Source of the DNA: an uncultured Alphaproteobacteria bacterium
GTDB taxonomy: Bacteria; Pseudomonadota; Alphaproteobacteria; CBDUZE01
Assembly (NCBI GenBank): GCA_965371625.1
Contig: CBDUZE010000002.1
Location: 177,668-241,667, forward strand
DNA length: 64,000 bases
Direction of reading: 5' to 3'
A program made the translations under genes and the position numbers. The notes beneath the pieces are model-generated. The model worked only from the letters and a program-made list of their open reading frames with translations, had not been told where the DNA came from and did no database searches. Numbering within the stretch: the first letter of the stretch is position 1; each line of letters begins with the position of its first letter. Shown one piece after another: positions 27,844 through 37,914 of this stretch.

Positions 27844-29496
27844 TTACATGTTGGGATAGTTGGGCCCGCCGCCGCCCTCGGGCACCACCCAATCGATGTT
27901 CTGAGTAGGGTCCTTGATGTCGCAGGTCTTGCAGTGAACGCAGTTCGGGGCGTTGATCTGCAGCCGCGGGTTGCCGCCGTCATCGTCCGCGACGATCTCG
28001 TAGACGCCGGCCGGACAGTATCTTTGTTCCGGGGCGTCGTAGCGCGCCAGGTTGACGGCGATGGGCACCGATTCGTCCTTGAGCCGGAGGTGGACCGGCT
28101 GGTCCTCCTCGTGGTTGGTGTTGGAGATGTAGACCGACGACAAGCGGTCGAAGCTCACCACCCCGTCGGGCTTGGGATAGTCGATCTTCTCGCACTCGGC
28201 CGCCGGTTTGAGGCTGAGATGGTCGGGATGGTGGTGAAAGGTCCACGGCGCGCGACCCCTGAGGAGCTTGAGCTCGAGGCCGGTATAGAGGGTTCCGGCG
28301 ATCAGGCCCCAGCGGAACGCAGGGCGCACGTTGCGCGCGACGCGAAGCTCGTCGTGGAGCCACGAGCCTGCGATCAGCTCGGGGTAGCGGGAGAGCTCGC
28401 GGCGCCCCTCGGCGCCCGGGCCAAGCGCCTCGAACACCGCTTCGGCCGCCAGCATGCCCGACTTCATGGCGGTGTGCGTGCCCTTGATCTTGGGTACGTT
28501 GAGAAACCCCGCCGCGCAGCCCACCAGGGCGCCGCCCGGGAACACCAGCTTGGGGACCGACTGCAGACCGCCCTCGTTGATCGCCCGCGCCCCGTAGGCG
28601 ACGCGTTCCCCGCCCTCGAAAGTGGGCCGGATCGCCGGGTGGGTCTTGAAGCGCTGGAACTCATCGAAGGGCGAGAGATGCGGGTTCTGGTAATCGAGGG
28701 CGACGACGAAGCCGACCGCAACCTGATGGTCCTCGAGGTGGTACATGAAGGAGCCGCCATAGGTCTTGCGGTCGAGCGGCCAGCCCGCGGTGTGCATCAC
28801 CAGCCCCTGGCGGTGCTTCTCGGGCGCGACCCGCCACAGCTCCTTGATGCCGATGCCGTAGATCTGGGGATCGGCGTCCTCGCGCAAGGCGAAGCGCTCA
28901 AAGAGGGTCTTCGAGAGCGAGCCCCGGCAGCCCTCGGCGAACAGCGTATGGCGCGCGTGGAGCTCCATGCCGGGCATGAAGGTGTCCTTGTGCGAGCCGT
29001 CGCCGGCGACCCCCATGTCGCCGGTGGCCACTCCCTTGACGCCGCCGTGGGCGTCATAGAGCACCTCGGCGGCGGCGAAGCCGGGATAGACCTCGACCCC
29101 CAGCTCCTCGGCCTGAGTGCCGAGCCAGCGGCACAGGCTGCCCAGGCTGATGACGTAGTTGCCGTGGTTGGCGAACTCGGGCGGGAGCAGGAAGTTGGGC
29201 ACCTTGAAGGCGCCGCCGGGGCCCAGGAACATCATCCGCTCCTCGGTCACCGGGGCGTTGAGCGGCGCCCCGCGGGCCTCCCAGTCGGGGATCAGCTCGT
29301 TGAGCGCACGGGGCTCGAGCACCGCGCCCGAGAGGATATGGGCGCCCACCTCCGAGCCCTTTTCGAGGACGCAGACGGTGACCTCGCGAGCGCTTTCCTG
29401 GGCCAACTGCTTGAGCCGGATCGCCGCGCTCAGGCCCGCCGGACCGGCGCCCACGATCACCACGTCGAACTCCATCGACTCGCGTTCCATCGCCAC
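27844..29496 (-). CDS. Electron-transfer flavoprotein:ubiquinone oxidoreductase
   Basis: FAD fold 'FDVVIVGAGPAGLSAAIRL'. C-terminal 4Fe-4S 'CPAGVYEI...NCVHCKTCDIKDP'. Confidence 0.9.
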   Translation of the reverse strand: MAMERESMEFDVVIVGAGPAGLSAAIRLKQLAQESAREVTVCVLEKGSEVGAHILSGAVLEPRALNELIPDWEARGAPLNAPVTEERMMFLGPGGAFKVPNFLLPPEFANHGNYVISLGSLCRWLGTQAEELGVEVYPGFAAAEVLYDAHGGVKGVATGDMGVAGDGSHKDTFMPGMELHARHTLFAEGCRGSLSKTLFERFALREDADPQIYGIGIKELWRVAPEKHRQGLVMHTAGWPLDRKTYGGSFMYHLEDHQVAVGFVVALDYQNPHLSPFDEFQRFKTHPAIRPTFEGGERVAYGARAINEGGLQSVPKLVFPGGALVGCAAGFLNVPKIKGTHTAMKSGMLAAEAVFEALGPGAEGRRELSRYPELIAGSWLHDELRVARNVRPAFRWGLIAGTLYTGLELKLLRGRAPWTFHHHPDHLSLKPAAECEKIDYPKPDGVVSFDRLSSVYISNTNHEEDQPVHLRLKDESVPIAVNLARYDAPEQRYCPAGVYEIVADDDGGNPRLQINAPNCVHCKTCDIKDPTQNIDWVVPEGGGGPNYPNM

Positions 29497-29812
29497 CCTC
29501 CCGAGCGCTCGCCACCGCCCTCGCCGCCCTCCGGGTTATGCCCCCGAAGCCCGGCGGCGGTCAATCGGGCCTGAGCCATAAACTAGGGCGCGGCACCGCC
29601 TTTGTCAGCGCCCGGGGCCTTGCCGCGGCGCTCAATGCGCGCGCCGCTCGAGAGCGTCGCCCGAACGGTGCGACGATGGCGGCCCGGCGCGGGGACGGCT
29701 ACAATCGCCGTGACCCGAGGGCTCTCCTGGACTGGGCGCCAACCAGGGGCGCTCGGTTTGCTCCGGCGCCAGCCAAAGGTCTCGCCATCGCCATGCCAGA
29801 GGCCCGAGACTG

Positions 29813-30301
29813 ATGACGTGGAAAGGCACCCTCGCCGCCGCGCTCGTGGCCGGGCTCGCCGCGGCCTGCGACGATGCGCCCAAGGACAAGCCCTACATCG
29901 AGTTCGCCGGCGGCGGCTTCATCTTCAACTACCGCATCGCCGAGGCCTATTACGGTTTTGTCGCCAGGGTGGTCCGCGAGCTCCCCGAGGGCACCGTCCT
30001 CGAGGCCGAGCTCGAGAACCCGAGCGGCGGCGCTCCCTTCATCGTCAGACGCCTCTTCCACAAGACGCAGATCACCTACACCTTCGAATCGCCACCGCTC
30101 GAGGGCGTCGAGGCCGGCCGCGACTATGGCGTCGAGCTGCGGCTCCTCGATCCCGGCGAGCAACGGCTGATCGCGCGTTACAGCCGCACCTTTCGCAGCG
30201 AGCTTGGCCAAGAGGCGCTGCCCAAGCACCCGCTCACCGTCGGGCCCGGCCACCAACCCAATCCCGACAGCCGAGCCCCGGCTCCCCTGACCAAGGAATG
30301 A
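29813..30301 (+). CDS. Hypothetical lipoprotein
   Basis: 'MTWKGTLAAALVAGLAAAC' lipobox. 162 aa. No recognisable catalytic motif. Confidence 0.5.
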   Translation: MTWKGTLAAALVAGLAAACDDAPKDKPYIEFAGGGFIFNYRIAEAYYGFVARVVRELPEGTVLEAELENPSGGAPFIVRRLFHKTQITYTFESPPLEGVEAGRDYGVELRLLDPGEQRLIARYSRTFRSELGQEALPKHPLTVGPGHQPNPDSRAPAPLTKE

Positions 30302-30348
30302 TACGGCAGCGCTGGCGAGCCGCCGTTTGGCCATGATACTGTGGCGCC

Positions 30349-31179
30349 ATGGCGGCAACACCCGGGTTGCGCGAGCTCCTCGAATGGTACCTCGAGGCCG
30401 GCGCCGACGAGGCCATCGGCGAGGCCCCGCGCGACCGCTACCGCGAGACGCCGGCGGCGGCCCCGGCGGAGGCGAGGAGGGCCTCGCCTGAACCCTCGCC
30501 ATCACGAGCCGCGGCGCAGCCCCCCGCGGCCAGAGCGGCGCCGCGCCGACCCGCCGGCGACCTCTTGGCAATGGCCTCGCCGCATTCGGCGGCGCAGAGC
30601 GCCGGCGAGCTCGCCGCCGCCTGCGGCACGCTCGACGAGCTGGCCGAGGTGGTGCGGAACTTCGAGGGCCTGGCGCTCAGGGAAACCGCCACCAACCTGG
30701 TCTTCGGCGACGGCAACCCGGAGGCCCAGGTGATGATCGTCGGCGAGGCGCCGGGCGCCGACGAGGATCGCCAGGGGCTGCCCTTCGTCGGCGTCTCGGG
30801 CCAGCTCCTCGACCGCATGCTGGCCGCCATCGGCCTCGACCGCCGCCACGTCTACATCACCAACATGCTGCACTGGCGGCCGCCCGGCAACCGCAAGCCG
30901 ACCACCGCCGAGATCACCGCCTCACTGCCCTTCATCGAGCGTCAGATCGAGCTGGTGGCGCCGCAAATCCTGGTGCCGGTGGGGGGCACCGCGGCAAGCA
31001 CGCTGCTCGGCACCTCGCAAGGCATCACCAAGCTGCGCGGGCGCTGGTGCTTCTATCGGCGGCCGGGCGTCGAGATCCCGGCGCTCCCGACCTATCACCC
31101 GGCCTTCCTTTTGCGCCAGCCGGCCCTAAAGCGAGACTCCTGGCATGATCTGCTGGAGATAAAAACCAAGCTAAGTTAA
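30349..31179 (+). CDS. Uracil-DNA glycosylase, family 4
   Basis: '[30 protein letters not shown]' (GEAPG motif) and 'HPAFLLRQP'. N-terminal Pro/Ala-rich extension. Confidence 0.8.
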   Translation: MAATPGLRELLEWYLEAGADEAIGEAPRDRYRETPAAAPAEARRASPEPSPSRAAAQPPAARAAPRRPAGDLLAMASPHSAAQSAGELAAACGTLDELAEVVRNFEGLALRETATNLVFGDGNPEAQVMIVGEAPGADEDRQGLPFVGVSGQLLDRMLAAIGLDRRHVYITNMLHWRPPGNRKPTTAEITASLPFIERQIELVAPQILVPVGGTAASTLLGTSQGITKLRGRWCFYRRPGVEIPALPTYHPAFLLRQPALKRDSWHDLLEIKTKLS

Positions 31180-31184
31180 CCATA

Positions 31185-31290
31185 TTGTTTTGTTATTTGT
31201 TGGGAATTTTAATAAAGTCTTAGCGAATTCTTATCTTTCGCGAGTTCTTTTTAATTGCCATCTACGCGTTAACAAGTTATTAATAATTGT
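31185..31290. promoter_or_regulatory. Strongly AT-rich intergenic block upstream of slt
   Basis: About 100 bp at ~25% GC ('ttgttttgttatttgttgggaattttaataaagtcttagcgaattcttatc...ttaacaagttattaataattgt'). Contains palindromic 'ttaacaagttattaa'. The rest of the window is ~68% GC. Confidence 0.3.
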
Positions 31291-33234
31291 ATGAGCGCTG
31301 ATCGGACCGCGCCGAGTGGCGCGCATTCCCGTTTTACCCTGTGCCCGCCGCTGCTGGCGGGCGCATTGGTGGCTGCCTGGGCGCTCGCCTCGCCGACCAC
31401 CGCCACCAGGCTGGCGGCCGCCGAGCTCGAGACCGCGGCCCTGGTGGGCGACGGGTTGCGCGGCCCAGACAGCTTCGAGACCGTTCCCCTGGCGCCGGCC
31501 AACGCCTCGCTCGCCACCGCCTCGCTCGCCACCGTCGCCGAGCTGCCGCGGGTGCTCGGCGCCAGCGACATCGCCCGCTTCCAGAGAATCTTCGCCTATC
31601 AGCGAGACCAGGACTGGCGCGCCGCCGAGCGCGAGGCCCAGGGGCTCGACGATCGGCTGTTGATGGGGCACGTGCGCTTCGAGCGCTACATGCATCCCAC
31701 CGGCTACCGCTCCAAGTACCCCGAGCTCTACGCCTGGCTCGAGGTCTACGCCGATCACCCGGGCGCGGACCGGGTCTATCGCCTGGCCCTCAAGCGCCGC
31801 CCGAGCGGCTGGAAGCGGCCGAAAAGGCCCGCCGTCAGGCAACCGCGATCCGCGGAGGCGATGCCGGGGCCGAGCGCGGAGGCCACCGCCAAGACCCCCT
31901 CGTCGGTCAAGAAACGCACCAAGGCGCAGGCCAGGATGGCGCGTCGCCTGGCGCGGAAGCTGGAGCGATACTTGGCGCGGGGCAGGATCGCGGCGGCCGA
32001 GAACCTGCTCCGCCACAAGCAGGTTCGCCGGGTGCTCGGTGAGCGCGAGCTCGACGTCGGGCGATCCAAGGTGGCGGCAGCGCTCTATTACACGGGCCAG
32101 GACGCCAAGGCGCTGAAGCTGGCACAAGTCGCGACGCGCTCGCGGGCGCAAGTGCCGCTCGCCGATTGGACCGCCGGCCTCGCCGCCTGGCGCCTCGGCG
32201 AGACCGAGCGCGCCGGCCCTCACTTCGAGGCCCTGGCCCATTCCACCACGGCCTCGGCCTGGAACGTGGCCGCTGGCGCCTATTGGGCGGCGCGGGCGAG
32301 CGCCGAGCACGGTGCCCGGGGCGAGCGTGATCGCCTGCTCGAGATCGCGGCCGCCCACCCCCGCACCTTTTACGGCCTGTTGGCGGGTCGCGTGCTGGCC
32401 TCGGATACCCCCTTCGCCTGGCAGCCGCTGCCGCTCGGGAGCGACGAGCTAACGCGGCTGATGGCCGACCCGGCGGTGCGGCGGGCGTTGGCGCTGGCCG
32501 AGGTCGGCCGCCACGATCTCGCCCAGCAGGAGATCGATCTCGTCCGCCGCGGCGCTGATGAGCCCCTCGCCCGGACGCTCCTGGCGTTGGCCAGCCGCCT
32601 CGGCATGGCGGCGATCGAGATGCGCCTCGGCAGCACCCTGGTCGACGCAAGAAGCCCCTATTTCGACAGCGTCAACTATCCGCTTTCGCCGTGGCGGCCC
32701 GAGACCGGCCTCAAGCTCGATCGTGCCCTGCTCCACGCCTTCATGCGCCAGGAATCGCGCTTCAGCAGCCGCGCCCGGAGCCGCAAGGGGGCGCACGGTC
32801 TGATGCAGTTGATGCCGCGAACCGCGAGCGAGGTGGCCGGCGACCGCTCGCTGGCGGGCCGCAACAGGCAAAAGCTGTTCTCGCCCGAGTTCAACCTCGA
32901 ACTGGGCCAGAGCTACCTCATCAAGCTGATCGATTCCAAGACCGTTCGCGGCAACCTGTTGCTGCTTGCCGCGGCCTATAACGCCGGCCCCGGCAAGCTC
33001 AAGAGCTGGCTCAAGACCGTCAGGCACGGCGACGACCCGTTGTTGTTCATGGAAAGCGTGCCGGTGCGCGAGACCCGCTTGTTCATCGAGCGCGTGATCA
33101 CTAACTTCTGGATCTATCGCCACCGCTTGCGACAGGATTCACCCTCGCTCGACGCCGTCGCGAGCGGCAATTGGCCTTACTACGTGACCCTCGACCGCAG
33201 GCACATCACGGTAGCTCGCAATGACAGTCGCTGA
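31291..33234 (+). CDS. slt: Soluble lytic murein transglycosylase (Slt family)
   Basis: SLT domain 'LLHAFMRQESRFSSRARSRKGAHGLMQLMPRTA...AAYNAGPGKLKSW'. Long N-terminal superhelical region. Confidence 0.8.
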   Translation: MSADRTAPSGAHSRFTLCPPLLAGALVAAWALASPTTATRLAAAELETAALVGDGLRGPDSFETVPLAPANASLATASLATVAELPRVLGASDIARFQRIFAYQRDQDWRAAEREAQGLDDRLLMGHVRFERYMHPTGYRSKYPELYAWLEVYADHPGADRVYRLALKRRPSGWKRPKRPAVRQPRSAEAMPGPSAEATAKTPSSVKKRTKAQARMARRLARKLERYLARGRIAAAENLLRHKQVRRVLGERELDVGRSKVAAALYYTGQDAKALKLAQVATRSRAQVPLADWTAGLAAWRLGETERAGPHFEALAHSTTASAWNVAAGAYWAARASAEHGARGERDRLLEIAAAHPRTFYGLLAGRVLASDTPFAWQPLPLGSDELTRLMADPAVRRALALAEVGRHDLAQQEIDLVRRGADEPLARTLLALASRLGMAAIEMRLGSTLVDARSPYFDSVNYPLSPWRPETGLKLDRALLHAFMRQESRFSSRARSRKGAHGLMQLMPRTASEVAGDRSLAGRNRQKLFSPEFNLELGQSYLIKLIDSKTVRGNLLLLAAAYNAGPGKLKSWLKTVRHGDDPLLFMESVPVRETRLFIERVITNFWIYRHRLRQDSPSLDAVASGNWPYYVTLDRRHITVARNDSR

Positions 33235-33769
33235 CAACGAGCGGTCCTTCCTGCCCGTCAACATCGCCGTTCTCACGGTCTCGGACACCCGGGAGCGCAA
33301 GGACGACACCTCCGGCCAGGTGCTGGTGGATCGCCTGACCGCGGCGGGCCACCGCCTCGCCGATCGGGCCATCGTGCGCGACGACACGGCCGGCATCGTC
33401 GCTCGCTTGCGCACCTGGATCGACGACGATCGGATCGACGTGATCATCGCCACCGGCGGCACCGGGCTGACCGGGCGGGACGTCACGCCCGAGGCCTTCA
33501 AGGAGGTCTGCGAGAAGGAGATCGCCGGCTTCGGCGAGCTCTTCCGCATGCTCAGCTTCGAGAAGATCGGCACCTCGACGATCCAGTCACGGGCCACCGC
33601 CGGGGTCGCCCGCGGCACCTATCTCTTCGCCCTGCCAGGCTCGCCCGGCGCCTGCAAGGACGCCTGGGACGGTATCCTCCTTTCCCAGCTCGATTACCGC
33701 CACCAGCCCTGCAACTTCGTCGAGCTGATGCCCCGGCTGTTGGAGCACCGGCCCCAGAAGATCGCCTGA
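33221..33769 (+). CDS. moaB: Molybdenum cofactor biosynthesis protein B (MoaB/MogA fold)
   Basis: 'IAVLTVSDTRERKDDTSGQVL' and 'DVIIATGGTGLTGRDVTPEA'. Confidence 0.75.
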   Translation: MTVADNERSFLPVNIAVLTVSDTRERKDDTSGQVLVDRLTAAGHRLADRAIVRDDTAGIVARLRTWIDDDRIDVIIATGGTGLTGRDVTPEAFKEVCEKEIAGFGELFRMLSFEKIGTSTIQSRATAGVARGTYLFALPGSPGACKDAWDGILLSQLDYRHQPCNFVELMPRLLEHRPQKIA

Positions 33770-33840
33770 GCCGGACCGCGAAGCGGCGAGGGCCCGGCGC
33801 CCGCGGCGACTCACTTCCCCCCGAGATCGGGAGCGTTTCC

Positions 33841-35376
33841 ATGACCGATCCGTTCATCTTGCGCCCGGGCGAGTTGACGCTCGGCGACCTGCGCCGACTC
33901 GACGATCCCGGACTCGCCGTGGTCCTCGACGAGGGCTGCGGCGCGGCGATCGCGGCGGCCCACGACGCCATCACCCGGGCGATCGCCGAGGAACGGCGCA
34001 TCTACGGCGTCAACACCGGCTTCGGCAGCCTCGCCGACACCCTGATCCCCGAGGACCAGATGCGCGAGCTGCAGCGCCGGCTGGTGTTGTCGAACGCGGT
34101 GGGAAGCGGCCCGTTGCTGCCCGACCGCGTGGTGCGGCGCATCGTGGTGCTCAAGGCCAACGCCCTGGCGCGGGCCCATTCGGGGGTCCGCCCGCGCCTC
34201 GTGGAGGCCCTGCTCGAGCTCTACAACGCCGGCCTCCAGCCTTGCATTCCGGGCAAGGGCTCGGTCGGCGCCTCGGGCGATCTGGCGCCCCTCGCCCACC
34301 TCGCGGCGGCGCTCATCGGGGTCGGCGAGATGCGCGTCGACGGCGAAGTGGCGCCGGCCGCCGAGGCGCTGGCCCGCGCCGGCCTCGAGCCCGTGGAGCT
34401 GGCGCCCAAGGAGGGGCTTTCGATGCTCAACGGCACCGAGGTCTCGACGGCGCTGGCGCTCGACGGCCTGTTCGCGCTCGAGGCGGTGTTCGCCGCCGCC
34501 CTGGTCGCCGGCGCGCTCAGCGTCGAGGCGGCGCTGGGCAGCGAGATCGCCTTCGCCGCCCCGATTCACGAGATCCGCGGTCAAGCGGGCGAGATCGAGG
34601 TCGCCGCGGTCTTGCGCCGGCTCCTGGCGGGAAGCGAGTTGCGCGTCCGCGCCGGCGAGAAGGGCCGCCTGCAGGACCCCTACAGCCTGCGCTGCCAGCC
34701 CCAGGTCATGGGCGCCTGCCTCGACAGCCTGCGCTTCGCCGCCGAGGTGCTGCTCCGCGAGGCCAACGCGGTGGGCGACAACCCGCTGGTCTTCGCCGAG
34801 GGCGGCGAGATCCTCTATGGCGGCAACTTCCACGGCGCCCCGGTGGCCATGGCGGCGGACCTGCTGGCGCTGGTGATCGCCCAGGTGAGCGGGCTCGCCG
34901 AGCGTCGCGTCGCCCTCCTGACCGACGCCAACATGAGCGGCCTGCCGCCCTTCCTGGTGGAGGGCAGCGGCCTCAACTCGGGCTTCATGGCGGCGCAGAT
35001 CGCGGCCGCGGCCCTGGCCAGCGAGACCAAGGCCCTGGCCCATCCCGGCAGCGCCGACAGCATCCCCACCGTGGCCAACTTCGAGGACTACGTCAGCATG
35101 GCCACCTACGCCTCGCGCCGGCTTTCGGAGATGGCCGAGAACGCCGCCACCGTGGTCGGGATCGAGCTCATGGCCGCGGCCCAGGGGTTCGGCTTCCACC
35201 GCCCGCTCACCACCAGCCCGGAGCTCGAGGCGGCGCTCGAGGCGCTCGCGGCGCGCGTCCCCCGCTTCACCGAGGACCGCTTCATGGCGCCCGAGATCGA
35301 GGCCATCAAGGAGCTGGTGCGGAGCGGCCACTTCCTGAGCTACCTGCCGCCCGGGCTCCTGCCCAGCGCCGCCTGA
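33841..35376 (+). CDS. MIO-dependent aromatic-amino-acid/histidine ammonia-lyase
   Basis: 'GSVGASGDLAPLAHLA' is the Ala-Ser-Gly MIO motif. 511 aa. No other hut genes nearby, so substrate (His vs Tyr/Phe) is unresolved. Confidence 0.85.
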   Translation: MTDPFILRPGELTLGDLRRLDDPGLAVVLDEGCGAAIAAAHDAITRAIAEERRIYGVNTGFGSLADTLIPEDQMRELQRRLVLSNAVGSGPLLPDRVVRRIVVLKANALARAHSGVRPRLVEALLELYNAGLQPCIPGKGSVGASGDLAPLAHLAAALIGVGEMRVDGEVAPAAEALARAGLEPVELAPKEGLSMLNGTEVSTALALDGLFALEAVFAAALVAGALSVEAALGSEIAFAAPIHEIRGQAGEIEVAAVLRRLLAGSELRVRAGEKGRLQDPYSLRCQPQVMGACLDSLRFAAEVLLREANAVGDNPLVFAEGGEILYGGNFHGAPVAMAADLLALVIAQVSGLAERRVALLTDANMSGLPPFLVEGSGLNSGFMAAQIAAAALASETKALAHPGSADSIPTVANFEDYVSMATYASRRLSEMAENAATVVGIELMAAAQGFGFHRPLTTSPELEAALEALAARVPRFTEDRFMAPEIEAIKELVRSGHFLSYLPPGLLPSAA

Positions 35377-35987
35377 CCGCGCCCGGCCCCGATCAGGCGC
35401 CAGCGGGCGTAGTCGGCGGCGTTGTCGACGTCGCTCAAGCGCTCGACGAAGGCCACCGAGAAGCGCGGCCCCAGGTTGGCCAGGGTGTCCTCGAGGGCGT
35501 GGACGCTCGACCAGCGCACGGCGCGAAAGAGGTCGGCGGGCGGCGGCGGGCGGCGCCGCGCCCCCACCAGCCAGTAGCCGCCGTCCTCGGCGGGGCCGAA
35601 CACCAGGTCGTGGCGGCCGAGCGCGGCGAAGGCCCGAGCGACGTGGCCGGCGCCCAGGCCCGGGATGTCGCTGCCGACGATGACCACCGGCCCCGGCGGC
35701 AGGATCTTGAGCGGCCGGGCCATGCGCTGGCCGAGGTCGCCCGGGCCCTGGGGCAGGCGGGGCAGACGCCTGGGCCAGAAGGCGCTCGCCGCGGCGAAGC
35801 GGTCGGGCGTGACGGCGAGCCAGCAGCGCCAACGCGGGTCATGCCCCAGGCGCGCCAGCACCGTGGTCGAGGTGGCGCGGTAGAAGCGCCGCGCCGCCAC
35901 CGCGCCGATCTCGCGCGCCAGCCGGCTCTTGACGGCGCCGAGGCGCGGCGCCTTCACCATCACCACCAGGTGGTTGACCAGGCCCAT
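35340..35987 (-). CDS. TIGR04282/DUF2064-family glycosyltransferase-like protein
   Basis: ATG 'MGLVNHLVVMVKAPRLGAVKSRLAREIG' at 35987. 'GSDIPGLG' and 'GPAEDGGYWLVG' motifs. Typically partnered with the upstream TIGR04283 GT2. Confidence 0.65.
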   Translation of the reverse strand: MGLVNHLVVMVKAPRLGAVKSRLAREIGAVAARRFYRATSTTVLARLGHDPRWRCWLAVTPDRFAAASAFWPRRLPRLPQGPGDLGQRMARPLKILPPGPVVIVGSDIPGLGAGHVARAFAALGRHDLVFGPAEDGGYWLVGARRRPPPPADLFRAVRWSSVHALEDTLANLGPRFSVAFVERLSDVDNAADYARWRLIGAGRGQAALGRSPGGR

Positions 35988-35995
35988 CGCCGGGC

Positions 35996-36682
35996 TCAGC
36001 CGTAGAGCCGCACCAGCAGCCGTGGCGGCACGCCGATGAAGTAAAGCCCCAGGCAGGCCAGGTTGCGGAGGCTGCGGCGCAGGTAGCCGGCGCGGCGGTA
36101 GCGCGCGGCCGAGGTGAGGGCGGCGGCCTCGAGCACGACCAGTCGCCTGGCGCCGATGCGGCGCACGATGTCCACGTCCTCCATCAGCGGCAGCGGCCGG
36201 AAGCCGCCGACACGCTTGTAGAGATCGCGATGGATCAGGAGGCCCTGGTCGCCATAAGGAAGCCCCAGCACCCGGCAGCGCCAGGCCACCAGCGCCTCGA
36301 GGCGGCGCGCCGCCACGTCCTCGTCGACGACGACGAAGCGAAAGACGGCGGCGCGCTGCGCGCTCCCGGCCGCGGCCATGAAGCTCCGCGCGGCCGCCTC
36401 CCAGCCCGCCTCGAGCGCGGTATCGGCGTGGAGGAACAACAACCACGGGCTGCTGGCCGCCTCGGCGCCGGCCGCGAGCTGGGAACCCCGCCCCCGCGCC
36501 GCCACGACCAGCCGCGCGCCGCCGCCCGCGGCGACGCTCGGGGTTGCGTCGCTCGAGCCGCCGTCGGCCACCACCACCTCGGCGACGAGGCCCGCGCGGC
36601 GCGCCGCCGCGAGCGCCGCGAGCGCGCGGCGAAGCTCGCCCGCCGCCTGATAGGCCGGGATCACCACGCTCACCTGGGCCAC
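35996..36682 (-). CDS. Glycosyltransferase family 2 (TIGR04283-like)
   Basis: 'VSVVIPAYQAAGELRRALAAL...VVADGGSSD...PYGDQGLLIHRDLY'. 8-bp gap to the DUF2064 gene. Confidence 0.7.
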   Translation of the reverse strand: MAQVSVVIPAYQAAGELRRALAALAAARRAGLVAEVVVADGGSSDATPSVAAGGGARLVVAARGRGSQLAAGAEAASSPWLLFLHADTALEAGWEAAARSFMAAAGSAQRAAVFRFVVVDEDVAARRLEALVAWRCRVLGLPYGDQGLLIHRDLYKRVGGFRPLPLMEDVDIVRRIGARRLVVLEAAALTSAARYRRAGYLRRSLRNLACLGLYFIGVPPRLLVRLYG

Positions 36683-36783
36683 CGCCCGACACCACCCGAT
36701 CGCTTGAACATTCCCCGATCATAGAGCAGATCGCCGGGGCCGCGGAGCAGCGGCTGCTTCTCGGGTCCCGCGCATGATCAAAT

Positions 36784-36807
36784 GTTCTTGTTTTGTTCGC
36801 TTCGTTC
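36784..36807 (+). promoter_or_regulatory. Alphaproteobacterial LexA/SOS box (GTTC-N7-GTTC) upstream of the radical SAM gene
   Basis: 'GTTCttgttttGTTCgcttcGTTC'. The first two half-sites sit at the exact N7 spacing. 16 bp upstream of the 36823 start codon. Confidence 0.5.
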
Positions 36808-36822
36808 TGCTAGCTTCGCCCC

Positions 36823-37914
36823 ATGGTCGATCTCGCGGCAAATCTGGCCGAGCCGGCGGCGCAACACGGGCGCGGCGCGCTCTCCAACGCCAGCGGGCGT
36901 TTCGAGCGCCTGAGCCGGGAACTCATCGACGACGGCTGGGAGCGGCCGGAGCCGGAAGCGCCGCGGCTGCGCACCACGGTGAGCCTCGACGCGAGCCGCA
37001 GCGTCATCGCCCACAACGACTCGCCCGACCTCGGCTTCGATCGCTCGATCAACCCCTACCGGGGCTGCGAGCACGGCTGCATCTACTGCTTCGCCCGGCC
37101 CAGCCACGCTTATCTGGGGCTCTCGCCGGGGCTCGACTTCGAGAGCCGCCTGTTCGTCAAGGCCGACGCCGCGCGGCTCCTCGAGGCCGAGCTCGCCCGG
37201 CCCGGTTATCGGCCGGCCCCGATCGCGCTCGGCACCAACACCGACCCCTACCAGCCGATCGAGCGGGAGTGGCGGGTGACCCGGGGGGTGCTGCAGGTGC
37301 TCGCCGCCCACGGCCATCCCGCGACCATCGTCACCAAGTCGGACCTGGTGACCCGCGACATCGACGTGCTCGCGCCGATGGCGGCCCAGGGGCTGGTCAA
37401 GGTGGCGCTCTCGGTCACCACCCTCGACGGACGACTGGCGCGCCGCATGGAGCCCCGGGCACCAAGGCCCAAGCGGCGGCTCGAGGCGATGCGCGCCTTG
37501 AGCCGGGCCGGGATCCCCACCGGGGTCATGGTGGCGCCGCTGATCCCGGCCCTCAACGATCCCGAGATCGAGGCCATCCTCGAGGCCGCGGCCGAGGCCG
37601 GGGCGCGGGAGGCGGGCTACATCCTGTTGCGCCTGCCCCACGAGATAAAGCATCTGTTCCGCGAGTGGCTCGATCAGCACGCGCCCCACCGCGCGGCGCG
37701 CATCATGCGCCTGGTGCGCGAGATGCGGGGCGGCCGCGACTATGACGCCACCTTCCATGAGCGCATGACCGGGACCGGGCGCTACGCCGAGCTGATCAAG
37801 CGGCGCTTCGACCTGGGGTGCCGGCGCTTCGGCCTCAACCGGGATCCGGCGCGGCTCGAGAGCCGCCGCTTCCGCGCCCCTCAGGCGGCGGAGGACCAGC
37901 TCGCGTTGTTCTAG
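36823..37914 (+). CDS. Radical SAM protein, PA0069 family
   Basis: 'CEHGCIYCFARPSHAY' CxxxCxxC motif. 363 aa. A family commonly found in LexA regulons. Confidence 0.8.
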   Translation: MVDLAANLAEPAAQHGRGALSNASGRFERLSRELIDDGWERPEPEAPRLRTTVSLDASRSVIAHNDSPDLGFDRSINPYRGCEHGCIYCFARPSHAYLGLSPGLDFESRLFVKADAARLLEAELARPGYRPAPIALGTNTDPYQPIEREWRVTRGVLQVLAAHGHPATIVTKSDLVTRDIDVLAPMAAQGLVKVALSVTTLDGRLARRMEPRAPRPKRRLEAMRALSRAGIPTGVMVAPLIPALNDPEIEAILEAAAEAGAREAGYILLRLPHEIKHLFREWLDQHAPHRAARIMRLVREMRGGRDYDATFHERMTGTGRYAELIKRRFDLGCRRFGLNRDPARLESRRFRAPQAAEDQLALF

